64,000 bases of DNA from an uncultured Methanosarcinales archaeon (GCA_964556185.1 CAZKVI010000003.1:2089-66088), one strand, 5' to 3'. Shown: positions 48,773 through 58,715, counted from the first letter of the stretch. Numbers and translations: made by a program. Notes: generated from the letters alone by a model not told the origin.

Positions 48773-48897
48773 TGGCAGTGGCGGGATCTGAACCCGCGGC
48801 TTCTAGATCGCCCAGATATAAAGTTTAATCATCGGCATGAGCCTCATCACTCAAATCTTATGAGTCTAGCACTCTAACCAGGCTGAGTTACACTGCC
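48773..48897 (-). tRNA. tRNA-Met/Ile2(CAU), elongator type, with 50-nt intron
   Basis: Acceptor GGCAGTG/CACTGCC, D-stem ACTC/GAGT, anticodon stem CTAGA/TCTAG, loop CU-CAU-AA, T-arm GCGGG-TTCAGAT-CCCGC. Intron contains GUGAUGA. Confidence 0.7.
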
Positions 48898-48914
48898 TTA
48901 ATTATTGTTTAGAA

Positions 48915-49334
48915 CTAGTGGTCTTTTAAAAAGCTTACTATCTTTTCCTGTACAGATTCAGCTTCTCCTTCTGCATACTGGCCACCTGGCCAATGTTGAT
49001 AACCATCATTTGGTATCCTTGGAATAACATGAATATGAGCATGGAATACTATTTGTCCAGCTACTGCTTTGTTATTCATTATCAAATTAACACCAGATGC
49101 TTCAGTAGATTCAAGTATTGCAGTAGATATCTTCTTAGCAACAGCAATCATATTCTTAGAATCTTCCTCTGGCAAATCAACAATATCAGCATAATGCTTT
49201 TTTGGAATAACTAATGTATGCCCAGGATTATTTGGAGCAATATCTAAGAATGCAAACACATTGTCGTCTTCATAGACTTTTTTACAAGGAATATCTCCTT
49301 TGATAATTTTGCAGAATATACACTCATCTGTCAT
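48915..49334 (-). CDS. HIT-family (histidine triad) nucleotide hydrolase
   Basis: CIFCKII...; HAHIHVIP histidine triad. Confidence 0.9.
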   Translation of the reverse strand: MTDECIFCKIIKGDIPCKKVYEDDNVFAFLDIAPNNPGHTLVIPKKHYADIVDLPEEDSKNMIAVAKKISTAILESTEASGVNLIMNNKAVAGQIVFHAHIHVIPRIPNDGYQHWPGGQYAEGEAESVQEKIVSFLKDH

Positions 49335-49375
49335 TGTAATCTCTAGGAGAATATAGTTGTTAAAAAATGTTTTGG

Positions 49376-49879
49376 TTAATAACTACCTTGCATTTCTTTG
49401 ATTTTTTCTTTAAGAACTTCGATTGTTCGTGCATTATCTTGTTGTTGTAATAATGTACCACATTCAGGACACTTAAACTCTAACTCTGTACTTTGCTCAA
49501 AATCTAATCTAGCGCAAGCATTTGTGCATAAAAAGAAACATCCTTTGTTTGATTCTTCTCTTTCAAGTCTTTCTTGTAGTTTTTCTAAGCGAGTACTATG
49601 AATAACAGAAGCAACATCTTTAAGTCTTTTAGGAAAATAAGTCCAATAACTGATATAATAACCTTTTTTAGAGTCTTTTTTTCTTTTATATGTAGCAAGA
49701 TTCATACTATGCATTCTATATAAGATATTTCTTACTTGATGGATCTCAATCTCAGTTTTCTCAGAAATTATAAACTCAGAAATATTTTTCCTATTTTTAA
49801 GGAAATCTACAATAGGTAAACAGTCTTCACCGATTGCATTTGTTATTGTATCTTGAGCCATCTTATTTGTCATACGCAT
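49376..49879 (-). CDS. tfe: transcription factor E (TFE / TFIIE-alpha homologue)
   Basis: N-terminal winged helix plus C-terminal zinc ribbon CFFLCTNACARL...CPECG. Confidence 0.8.
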   Translation of the reverse strand: MRMTNKMAQDTITNAIGEDCLPIVDFLKNRKNISEFIISEKTEIEIHQVRNILYRMHSMNLATYKRKKDSKKGYYISYWTYFPKRLKDVASVIHSTRLEKLQERLEREESNKGCFFLCTNACARLDFEQSTELEFKCPECGTLLQQQDNARTIEVLKEKIKEMQGSY

Positions 49880-50042
49880 AAGTCTCTTCCCCCATTCTCG
49901 GAGCGACAGAGTCCTATGTTTTGGAGTCTTGTTTTACTTCCCCAACAACACATTACTCTCAATTCCCCGTATAGTTCCTCTGGTAACTTATATAAAAACT
50001 TTTTCATTGTGTCATATATACGTTTTCTGAGGTTTCTGTTTA

Positions 50043-50122
50043 TACTAAAAGTGATTAATCACTTTTGTATATACAAAAGTGTGAAATAATGAAATTATTT
50101 TGCACTTTAAGTATATATATAG
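50043..50122. promoter_or_regulatory. palindromic operator/promoter module, copy B (AAAAGTGATTAATCACTTTT; CACTTTTGTATATACAAAAGTG; AAAGTGTGAAATAAT-gaa-ATTATTTTGCACTTT)
   Basis: Three overlapping perfect or near-perfect palindromes sharing AAAGTG/CACTTT ends. Homologous to 43209..43300. Confidence 0.6.
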
Positions 50123-50269
50123 CGAAGTTAGAAGTTCAACAAGAACTTCTCATTATTACCCATATACTGGATAATAACCTTCATATCAATATTAATGCCA
50201 TAGGTTATATATAAACCTTTCGGTTATGTAGTTACTTTAGAGGAGTTAATATATAAAAGAAAGTATATA

Positions 50270-50341
50270 TGGACTCACCGAGATTTGAACTCGGAGTCTC
50301 CCCGAAGCCAACGGGGTGCGATACCATTTCGCCATAAGCCC
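50270..50341 (-). tRNA. tRNA-Ala(GGC), no intron
   Basis: GGGCTTA acceptor with the G3:U70 Ala identity pair; D-stem GCGA/TCGC; anticodon stem CCCCG/CGGGG; loop UU-GGC-UU; T-arm CCGAG-TTCAAAT-CTCGG. Confidence 0.8.
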
Positions 50342-50508
50342 ATACAATGCTAGCTACATATATGCTTATATATAATTTACGCTAATTTCTCACTATATGT
50401 AGTACTTGTACACATTACATAACTTTCTAATAAAGCAATCCTAATATACAAATCATAACCTTTTTATATCACCTTAGTCATACTTTGACTTAACACGGGG
50501 GTGTTTAA

Positions 50509-50895
50509 ATGGTAATTTTATTTGATAGATTCAATATGCCGGATGATGTTTTCGAAGTCATCTTCGCTACACCACAACAGAAAATAGTTGGTAAACTTCT
50601 AATTAAAATGATAAAAGAAAAAGGTGGAGAAATTACTAAAACAGAAATGAGCACTTTTGCAATGGCTCTCCATGAAGGAAGACTAGTAACAAATGAAGTT
50701 GATGATCCACAATACAAAAATAAAGAAGTCAAACTAAGTTATAACAAAAGACAATTCTACGACAGAATATTGACTCCAATGAAAGGTATGGGTTTAATCG
50801 ACTACGATCTTTACAAAAAGACATACAGAATCTCAGACAAATTCAACAAAGCAATGATAAAAGTAGGATTAATGTGGATGAGAGAGATAAGGTAA
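50509..50895 (+). CDS. hypothetical protein
   Basis: 128-aa ORF. Confidence 0.3.
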   Translation: MVILFDRFNMPDDVFEVIFATPQQKIVGKLLIKMIKEKGGEITKTEMSTFAMALHEGRLVTNEVDDPQYKNKEVKLSYNKRQFYDRILTPMKGMGLIDYDLYKKTYRISDKFNKAMIKVGLMWMREIR

Positions 50896-51297
50896 TCATC
50901 CACCAATCTTTTTATCTATATCTTCAGCTATTTCTTTAAGACTATCAAAAGTCCTATGCATATCCTTCTCTAACTCATCAATTAATCTACTCAAGTTGTG
51001 AACTCTTAGAATATAACCTTTCTTTTCCTGCACTACAATCCCTGAATCCATTAACTTATGCAAGTGATGCACTACAGTGCCCCTAGATAATTGCAATCTA
51101 ACAGCTAATCCATCACTAGAAATAGGCTCATCTTTCTTTGCTTGCTTTAATAATTCAATAAATATTCTAAAACATGATCGATCTTTATCACGTAAACTAA
51201 ATAATCCAAGAGAAGTACCAAACCACTGCAATTTCTCATTAATATTACTTCTCACAGGCCTTCTAATCTTGATTATAGTGATTCTTCGTTGCTCCAT
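50896..51297 (-). CDS. ArsR-like winged-helix transcriptional regulator
   Basis: CFRIFIELLKQ...SDGLAVRLQLSRGTVVHHLHKLMDSGIV. Confidence 0.5.
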   Translation of the reverse strand: MEQRRITIIKIRRPVRSNINEKLQWFGTSLGLFSLRDKDRSCFRIFIELLKQAKKDEPISSDGLAVRLQLSRGTVVHHLHKLMDSGIVVQEKKGYILRVHNLSRLIDELEKDMHRTFDSLKEIAEDIDKKIGG

Positions 51298-51340
51298 ATT
51301 AGAAATTGATGTAGAAGATGTTTATAAATATTCTTTAATT

Positions 51341-51583
51341 TTACTGTAAATCTTTATGATATAAAGCAATAATATAAATGACTCTTTTTTCAATCCTATA
51401 TGATAATCTAAATGGAGGAATATACAACTCTCTTGTCCCTTTTCTATTATACATCATAGGTTTGCCAATCTCAGGATTATCTTTTATTTTAGAAATTTGT
51501 TTGATGATTTTCTGTTTAAGGGCATTATTCTTAATCTTACTAAATTCCTTCTTAAATAAAGAATCAAAAATAACTTCTACCAC
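51341..51583 (-). CDS. relE: RelE/ParE-family toxin
   Basis: 80 aa; NRKGTRELYIPPFRLSYRIEKRVIYIIALYH. 7-nt overlap with the upstream antitoxin gene. Confidence 0.7.
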   Translation of the reverse strand: MVEVIFDSLFKKEFSKIKNNALKQKIIKQISKIKDNPEIGKPMMYNRKGTRELYIPPFRLSYRIEKRVIYIIALYHKDLQ

Positions 51584-51843
51584 TTTTTCATTTCCTCAAG
51601 AAAATCATCAAATTCCATTTTAATGCCTTTACCTTCTTCAATTCTCTTCCAAGCTTGTTCTGTTCTTTTTGCAAATTCTAGATCTTCTTTTAGATTTTTC
51701 TCTAATTCTGTAGCTTTCTTCATAATTAATTGATGGTCATTCTTAATAATGATTAATTTATCTCCTTCATGAAGATCTCCTCTCATTTCATTAGGAATTA
51801 CAACTTGGCCTTTTGAACTCATTCGTGTTATAGCAACATCCAT
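51577..51843 (-). CDS. AbrB/MazE/SpoVT-type antitoxin
   Basis: MSSKGQVVIPNEMRGDLHEGDKLII. Confidence 0.7.
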   Translation of the reverse strand: MDVAITRMSSKGQVVIPNEMRGDLHEGDKLIIIKNDHQLIMKKATELEKNLKEDLEFAKRTEQAWKRIEEGKGIKMEFDDFLEEMKKW

Positions 51844-51906
51844 ATTATCACCAAGTAAGATTAATCTTACTTAGTATATAAAGTTTACGGTTTTACACGT
51901 AAACTA

Positions 51907-51923
51907 AGAAGTCGAAGACTTCT
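51907..51923 (-). terminator. GNA-triloop hairpin AGAAGTC-GAA-GACTTCT followed on the minus strand by a U-rich tract; probable terminator of the 51961..52386 gene
   Basis: Perfect 7-bp stem. The same hairpin occurs at 28277..28293, and a variant at 53170..53188. Confidence 0.45.
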
Positions 51924-51960
51924 GTATCTTTCTATTTTAGTATATAAATTAGTATAATAT

Positions 51961-52386
51961 TTACTGTAACCAAATAGGCAACATTGGACTAACTATTGGA
52001 GCTACTAATTCCCATGCATATGGTGCTAATATGATAATAACTCCTAAAATCAATGTATGATACCAACGTTCACCAACTTTTCCTGCAATAGCTGCTGCAC
52101 CAGCAATTTTAAACATTGCAATAATACCTATCACAACCCTAATACCAAATTCTACAAACCAATCAGCTGTAAAAGCTAAATTCATCCATCCAAGAACAAA
52201 ACTAATATTCATACTTACAAAAACAAAGAATAATGTAAATGGCAGAGCATGCAAAGCATGAGTAAACCAACCCATTCCTGCTTCATCACTATGTACAAAC
52301 ACAACTTCAATAAGCCCAATCAAAATACCCATAACAATAGCAGGCCCTATAACATATGTTTGTACAACTATCTCTTCTGTCACCAT
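51961..52386 (-). CDS. polytopic membrane protein
   Basis: 141 aa, four hydrophobic helices. Confidence 0.4.
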   Translation of the reverse strand: MVTEEIVVQTYVIGPAIVMGILIGLIEVVFVHSDEAGMGWFTHALHALPFTLFFVFVSMNISFVLGWMNLAFTADWFVEFGIRVVIGIIAMFKIAGAAAIAGKVGERWYHTLILGVIIILAPYAWELVAPIVSPMLPIWLQ

Positions 52387-52469
52387 CTTGTCAATAATTC
52401 TGAAGATTTTCCTATAAAAACTTTTCTATTGTGACAATATTTAAATATGAGTAATCTGCAAATATACCT

Positions 52470-53072
52470 ATGCAGTGGAAAAAACTATCTCCATACATAT
52501 TATCTTTCTTTGTGTTACTTACAGCAGTTTATGCAAGAACTAGGTTTCCAACAGGAGAATTAAGAGATGTTATGAATGTATTTGGAGATATTTACAACCA
52601 AGCACCATATTTAGTTGATGCATTAGTATTATTAATTATATTTGTACCTTTAGCAAGGAAGATCCTAGGAGAAAGACTAGGTAAAGTCCCAGCAACAGGC
52701 TTAGGATTTTTATTAGTGCTTTCAGTTATTGTTTCAGAAGCAAAATTCGATTATAGTATTATTAGGGATTTTAGTATTCCAGCAGTTATAATCTTATTAT
52801 CAATGTTTGGAATTAGTTTATTTGTTATGTTAAAACAATTTGATGCAAATACTTGGTTAGCAGTCAGTGCTGGTTGGGTAGCTGTTGTCGTAGTATCTTA
52901 TTTTGCAGTCCCAGATGTTGTTGAAATGATACAAAGAGATTATGAAGTCATTTGGTGGTTTTTAATTGTATTAACTGGATTTTTTATACTTGCATTTGTT
53001 TTTAGTATGTTCTTTGGCGGTGGCGGAGGGGGCCATCATGAACCAGCAGCTCCAGCAGCACCTCATCCTTAA
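52470..53072 (+). CDS. membrane protein with Gly/His-rich C-terminus (paralogue of 53136..54143)
   Basis: TM helices; ...FFGGGGGGHHEPAAPAAPHP tail; IYNQAPYLVDAL motif shared with the next gene. Confidence 0.4.
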   Translation: MQWKKLSPYILSFFVLLTAVYARTRFPTGELRDVMNVFGDIYNQAPYLVDALVLLIIFVPLARKILGERLGKVPATGLGFLLVLSVIVSEAKFDYSIIRDFSIPAVIILLSMFGISLFVMLKQFDANTWLAVSAGWVAVVVVSYFAVPDVVEMIQRDYEVIWWFLIVLTGFFILAFVFSMFFGGGGGGHHEPAAPAAPHP

Positions 53073-53135
53073 TTACTTTTAGTATAAAATCAAACTAAAC
53101 ATTTATATATACTATTTCTTAGAAATTATACTATT

Positions 53136-54143
53136 GTGGGTAATCAATTAAACTTTCCGAAGGAAAGCAAGAAGTCGATGAGACTTCTGTGGAAGAGGAT
53201 AATATTAGTTTTATCTATATTTCTTGCTACATTGCAGACTACTCTAGCTTATTCTTGGAGTGAGTTTGTAAGCACAACAATGAAAATATACAATGCTCAA
53301 GCAGATTTCTTTTCTAATATATTTAATGCAGCACCTCCTTTATTCCATGCACTCTTTTATTGGCTTTTTATCTATATTGCAATCTTCAGAAAATATGTAA
53401 AACCAAAATTAGGAGCAGGTTTTGCATTGGGAATGCCTGTTTTATTAGCTCTTGGGGTTGTTACAGCTGAACGCTTAACAGGAGTAAGCTTTTTTTGGAT
53501 GTTTTTAATCTTTTTTGGAATATATAAAACATTGTTTGTAATTCTTGCATTCAGAAAAGCTAATTTTCCAGTAATTTTAATTGGATCATTAGCTTTTATT
53601 ATTGCATTTGTTCTTTTATTATTTTACCAACCAGCATGGTTTATTGATTTTAGACAAGATCATCCACTTATTATGTTATTAGGATATATTTTGTTTGCAA
53701 TCTTTTCAATAATTACTTTATTTGGTGCTTTTAGATACATAATTGGTGGAGGTTATAGTAATATTCAATGGCCACCTCCATTTAGACAAACATATAAAGA
53801 TTTATATGGTGATCCAGGATCCTCCTCCTCTTCAGGTCAATCAACACCAAATATGTCAAGATTACATAGAAAAGCTGAAAAGTTTCTTGCAAATTCTGCA
53901 GAATACGCTGCTGCAGAACAAAAGTATGCACAAATGAATGCATCACAAAGAGCAAAAGTAGAAAAAGATATGCAAGATAGTCGAATTTCTTTGATAGCAA
54001 GGGGAACTGCAATAAGAAATCATAAAAAATATGAAAGAGATGTTCCACAAGATGTTAAACATAGATTTGAAACAGCATTTAATGCTATTATGACTCAAGG
54101 TGGCTCACATGGTGGAGCAGGTGGCGGAGGCCCTGGCCATTAA
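53136..54143 (+). CDS. membrane protein with Gly/His-rich C-terminus; probable start at the ATG at 53178
   Basis: MRLLWKRIILVLSIFLA... TM helices; tail GGSHGGAGGGGPGH. A hairpin overlaps the start codon. Confidence 0.4.
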   Translation: MGNQLNFPKESKKSMRLLWKRIILVLSIFLATLQTTLAYSWSEFVSTTMKIYNAQADFFSNIFNAAPPLFHALFYWLFIYIAIFRKYVKPKLGAGFALGMPVLLALGVVTAERLTGVSFFWMFLIFFGIYKTLFVILAFRKANFPVILIGSLAFIIAFVLLLFYQPAWFIDFRQDHPLIMLLGYILFAIFSIITLFGAFRYIIGGGYSNIQWPPPFRQTYKDLYGDPGSSSSSGQSTPNMSRLHRKAEKFLANSAEYAAAEQKYAQMNASQRAKVEKDMQDSRISLIARGTAIRNHKKYERDVPQDVKHRFETAFNAIMTQGGSHGGAGGGGPGH

Positions 54144-54176
54144 CCAGGACATTAAAATAAAGAAAAGAGGGAATAA

Positions 54177-55388
54177 ATGGGAATAAGAGATCTTTTTGAA
54201 TCACATCTACAAAGAGTCTTTGAAGATGCAATGGCTAAAGTAGAAGAAGATCTAGAATACTTAGAACAAGAAATAGCTAAAATAAAAGCTAGAGCAGAGA
54301 AAAAAAGACAATTAATTTTACAAGCACAACAATCTGGTCAATATACAGAAGCTCAAGCAGCAGAGCAATTAAGATTTGTAAATGGCAAAGAAGAAAGAGA
54401 ACTAAATAGATTAAGGCAAGGTTTGGATTTAGTTGATGGAACTACCCCAGAAAAAGAAACAGCAGCAAAAGCAGAAATCCCTCGAAGAAAAGAATTTGAT
54501 TCTTTAAGTCATCAAGTTGAAGGTTGTGCAGATGATGCAGAACATACTTTAGCTAAAACTAGAAAATATCTAAATTACTTAAAATCACTTTTGGTTCTAA
54601 GAGTTAGAGAAACACATGAAATTGAAGCAGATATGCAAAAAATAAGAACTCTACTTTCAAATTTTCAACATGCAACGGAATCTGAACAATTAAAACAAGA
54701 TTCAACAAGAATGCAAAAAATAAAACACAATGCTCTTAAAGAATTAGAGGTACTTATAATGCAAGCATCTCATTTTCTTAAATTAGAAGAAAGAGCAGAG
54801 AGAAAAGTAGTAAGAATTGAGAGAAGAATCTTTAGCACAGAAGCAGATTTTGAAAAAGCAGACCAACAATTACAACAATTTATTCTTAAAACAGAATATT
54901 TTATTAAACAAGCATGGCATAATCAACAAGCTTATCAAAAAGCAGAACAACAATTTGGTCAATTAAACTCAGCTTTACATTCCCTGAATGATGATTTTAT
55001 TAATGTTTATAGGCCATTATTAGCAATGACAAAAAAAGTTTATCTAAGAGAACAAAGAATGGAATCTGCATTAAAACAAGTAAGGAACATGGTAGAAACA
55101 TTAGATACTTCATCTAATCAATTACAAAATGCACAAACTTTTAGAAGATTATTTGAACAACTTAGTTTAATTGAACAAGTTTTACAACAAGAAATGGGTA
55201 CTGGTTCTATCCAAGAGTTCTTTCCAGGAATACAAGGAGAAGTGCGAGCATTAAGAAGAGCTGAACAAGATATAGATAGAATGATCCAAGTTCTTGAACA
55301 AATAAATTCTATATTTGATGAATTAAGAAAAATGGAACTTGAAGCAATACAACAACAATCTCCTGAATTAATAGAGCTAGCAGCATAA
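54177..55388 (+). CDS. Gln/Glu-rich coiled-coil protein
   Basis: 403 aa of predicted coiled coil; 33-bp spacing to the upstream gene. Confidence 0.4.
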   Translation: MGIRDLFESHLQRVFEDAMAKVEEDLEYLEQEIAKIKARAEKKRQLILQAQQSGQYTEAQAAEQLRFVNGKEERELNRLRQGLDLVDGTTPEKETAAKAEIPRRKEFDSLSHQVEGCADDAEHTLAKTRKYLNYLKSLLVLRVRETHEIEADMQKIRTLLSNFQHATESEQLKQDSTRMQKIKHNALKELEVLIMQASHFLKLEERAERKVVRIERRIFSTEADFEKADQQLQQFILKTEYFIKQAWHNQQAYQKAEQQFGQLNSALHSLNDDFINVYRPLLAMTKKVYLREQRMESALKQVRNMVETLDTSSNQLQNAQTFRRLFEQLSLIEQVLQQEMGTGSIQEFFPGIQGEVRALRRAEQDIDRMIQVLEQINSIFDELRKMELEAIQQQSPELIELAA

Positions 55389-55389
55389 A

Positions 55390-57348
55390 ATGAAAAACAA
55401 ACTTATTCTTATAATTTGTATCTCAATCTTTTTAATAATTCCATTATTTTCCACAATATCTTTTGCACAAGCTGGCCATTTAAAATTATTAGCAGTAACT
55501 TCTGAGACTAAAGGTGTAGAAGCAAACCTTGATTTAAGACTAATGCCAGGTACTGGAAGTGTTTTTATTGCAACATCTCCTTTAACAAAAATAGATACAC
55601 AATTATCTACAAGATTTGCTAAAGATATTGCATGCAAATTCCTCGAGAAGGATTGTTCAAATTTAGATTTCTTTTATACAATAACAAGTAATGCATCTAT
55701 TGTTGGTGGCCCAAGTGCAGGTGCAGCAATAAGTGCTTTAACAATAGCCTTACTTGAGGGCTATGAATTAGATGAAAGCTTTACAATAACAGGAACAATT
55801 AATTCAGGTGGTCTAGTCGGAAGTGTAGGTGGCTTAAAACCTAAAATAGAAATTGCTTCAAAAATTGGAGTAAAGAAAGTTTTAATACCTGCAGGAGAAA
55901 GATTTATCATAAATGAAACAATTATTTCTTTAAACACCACTGGATCAAATGCAACATTAAATTCATCAATCAATAATATTAACAATACAAACACTAATAA
56001 TAACACAACAAACACCAATTCAACACTTACTGCAACTATAAACAATACAATTGATTTATACGAATTTGGTAAAGAATTTGGAATAGAAGTAAAAGAAGTT
56101 GCAAATTTATATGATGTTATGTATGAATTTACAAATATAACTTATGAACAACTCTCAGGAGAAATCACACCAGATGATTGGTATATTGAAACAATGAGAA
56201 ATATTTCTAATGATCTTTGCGAAAGAAGCAATAACTTACAAAATGAACTTACTACACCTGAAAACACATCTAGTGATTACTTGTTTTACTCAACAGGATT
56301 AAATTTAACACAAAATGCAGAATCTGCATTATCTGAACAAGATTATTACTCAGCAGCATCATTTTGTTTTGGAGCAGCAGGTAAATTTGGTTATTTATTT
56401 CTAAAAAAACAAAATATGACAAACAATGAAACCTTAATAATACTTAATGAAACAAATGGTTCTATTGATTCAATAAGACAAAAAATAAACAATATTAATT
56501 TACAAACAATCACAGATATTCAAACTTATGTTATTGTAAATGAAAGATTAAAAGAAGCAGAGAACACATTAACTCTTGTTAATGATGCTCTTCAAGAATA
56601 TATTAATATGACTTTAACTTTAACAAATGCTAATATAACAGAAACAAATAACACAAAACAACAACTTGAACAAGTTCATGATATACTTTTACAAAAATTA
56701 GCTTATTCAATAGAAAGATTAAATAGTGCAGTTGCCTGGAGTAGCTTTTTCAATAAACCAGGTTCTACTTTTAACTTTAGCCCAGAATCTATTCATCAAT
56801 CATGTATAATAAAACAAAAAGAAGTAGAAGAAAGAATAAACTATATTCAAATTATTACTCTATTAGGTTTAGAAGGTGTAAAACAAGGTTTAGATGATGC
56901 AAAACAAGAAGAAAAAAGAGGTAATTTTATTCTTTGTCTTTTCAAAGCATCTAAAGCAAAAGCAGAAGCAGATACTGTAATGAGTATGATTGGAGCTAAA
57001 GAAGACTCAATTCAAGGTATTATTGATACAAGATTAACATTAGCTACAGATGTTATACTAAAACAACAACGCCAAGCTAGTTTCCCAATATTTGGTTATA
57101 GTTATTATGAATATGCAAAGACATTACAAATTGATGATCCTAGTTCTGCTTTGATATATTCTCATTATGCTCTTGAATTAAGTAACCTTGATATGTACTT
57201 TGAAAAAGAGCTTGATTTAGCTACTTTAGATACAGAGCTAACTAAAGATCCTGGCAATACATTCTATTTTATAATTGGATTTATTCTAGGAATATTAGTA
57301 ACAATACTCTATGTAATGAATTTTAAACCAAAGAAATCAAAAAAGTAA
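55390..57348 (+). CDS. secreted Lon-like (S16) peptidase-domain protein with Asn/Thr-rich linker and C-terminal TM anchor
   Basis: Signal peptide; GGPSAGAAISALTIALL (Lon catalytic Ser motif) ... IGVKKVLIPAGE; N-x-S/T-rich region; C-terminal FYFIIGFILGILVTILYV. Confidence 0.55.
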   Translation: MKNKLILIICISIFLIIPLFSTISFAQAGHLKLLAVTSETKGVEANLDLRLMPGTGSVFIATSPLTKIDTQLSTRFAKDIACKFLEKDCSNLDFFYTITSNASIVGGPSAGAAISALTIALLEGYELDESFTITGTINSGGLVGSVGGLKPKIEIASKIGVKKVLIPAGERFIINETIISLNTTGSNATLNSSINNINNTNTNNNTTNTNSTLTATINNTIDLYEFGKEFGIEVKEVANLYDVMYEFTNITYEQLSGEITPDDWYIETMRNISNDLCERSNNLQNELTTPENTSSDYLFYSTGLNLTQNAESALSEQDYYSAASFCFGAAGKFGYLFLKKQNMTNNETLIILNETNGSIDSIRQKINNINLQTITDIQTYVIVNERLKEAENTLTLVNDALQEYINMTLTLTNANITETNNTKQQLEQVHDILLQKLAYSIERLNSAVAWSSFFNKPGSTFNFSPESIHQSCIIKQKEVEERINYIQIITLLGLEGVKQGLDDAKQEEKRGNFILCLFKASKAKAEADTVMSMIGAKEDSIQGIIDTRLTLATDVILKQQRQASFPIFGYSYYEYAKTLQIDDPSSALIYSHYALELSNLDMYFEKELDLATLDTELTKDPGNTFYFIIGFILGILVTILYVMNFKPKKSKK

Positions 57349-57658
57349 TATCTATATTAGTTATTCTAAAAAGCTCTAAATAATCTTCTTTTAACTAGAA
57401 ACGGTTAAAAAACCCCGCAAACACTCCCGAAGGAATGTTTGCGCGGGAAAAAGAGGTGATCGTGATTGTTATCTGGCCAATGGCCAATAAATCCCCAAAT
57501 TAGCTTAAGATACCTACTTCATTTATTAAGACCATAATCATATTTAAACCTTTCCATTCTAGAGTGGTGACATTTGTTTAGGAGTTTAGAGTGAACTTGG
57601 GATACATACTTCATGTTACCGGAAAATTTATATACCTTATTTCAGAGAAATAAGACTT

Positions 57659-58192
57659 ATGGCCACTGGTAAGAATGTCGACAGAAGTTTATTACAAGTT
57701 GTACGTTATAGGGGTATTTTTGATATAGAAGCAGTCTATAAAGCTGTATATGATTGGTTGAGATCAAGAGGTATGGAAGTCCAAGAAACAAAATTCAAGA
57801 CATATGATAGGGCATATGGAAGAGAACATCAAATTAAATGGAGTGCTTGGAATAATGAAACTGACTTTGTAAAAAATTGGATATTTATCACATGGAGATT
57901 TATTGATGTTGTAGAATTAGAAGTAGTTAAAGATGGAAAAAAGAAAAAGTTAAGTAAATGTCAAGCAGATATTAGAATTCAACACGCAATGGAGTTTGAT
58001 TATAGTGAACGTTTTACAAAAACAGTGTACCAAATCCGCGCATTGGAATTTATTACAGGTTGGTTATTTAGAAAAAAGATAGATACTTTATGGGAAGATA
58101 AGTTAAGGTTTAAATGTTATGAATTGCAAAATGTTGTAAAAGAAACATTAGAAGCTCAAACAAAAGGTAATGAGCATTATGATGTATGGTAA
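57659..58192 (+). CDS. hypothetical protein, tandem paralogue A
   Basis: Shares VYDWLRSRG / VVKDGKKKKLSK motifs with 58215..58715. Confidence 0.4.
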   Translation: MATGKNVDRSLLQVVRYRGIFDIEAVYKAVYDWLRSRGMEVQETKFKTYDRAYGREHQIKWSAWNNETDFVKNWIFITWRFIDVVELEVVKDGKKKKLSKCQADIRIQHAMEFDYSERFTKTVYQIRALEFITGWLFRKKIDTLWEDKLRFKCYELQNVVKETLEAQTKGNEHYDVW

Positions 58193-58214
58193 TTAGATAA
58201 ACAAAGGTATTAAT

Positions 58215-58715
58215 ATGGTCGAGAGAAGAATTGTTGTAGATACAATGAGGATGCATTACCAAGGTCTTCTTAATGTAGTTGAATTTATGGAATTTGTAGA
58301 TCGTTGGCTTCGTGAAAAAGGTTATTATAAAAAAATTGGCAGAACAGATGAAAAAGTTTTCAAAGAAAACAGACAAGTAGAAATTGAATGGGAACCTTGG
58401 AAAAAAGTTGATGAAAATGCAAAAATAGTTATTCAAATGAAATTCTTATTCACAAATGTAAAAGATGTTGTTGTAGAAAAAGACGGAATGAAGAAAAAAC
58501 TTCAACAAGCCAAGATCTCAGTTACAATGATGGGACTTATGGAATCAGACTGGGAACACAAATGGGAAAAAAGACCTTTTTACTTCTTATTCTTCTCAGT
58601 TATTGATCAGTTTGTCTGGAAAATTCATTCTGATAAGTACTTTGGTTTAGTAGCAGAAGACTGCACAGAACTAAGAAACGAAATGAAAGCTTTCTTGAAT
58701 TTGTATAGGTTCTGA
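58215..58715 (+). CDS. hypothetical protein, tandem paralogue B
   Basis: FVDRWLREKGYY / VVEKDGMKKKLQQ align to paralogue A. Confidence 0.4.
   Translation: MVERRIVVDTMRMHYQGLLNVVEFMEFVDRWLREKGYYKKIGRTDEKVFKENRQVEIEWEPWKKVDENAKIVIQMKFLFTNVKDVVVEKDGMKKKLQQAKISVTMMGLMESDWEHKWEKRPFYFLFFSVIDQFVWKIHSDKYFGLVAEDCTELRNEMKAFLNLYRF

Noticed and set aside
50505-50732. Minus-strand 75-aa ORF
   Set aside because: Antisense overlap with the better-supported plus-strand ORF 50509..50895. No features of its own.
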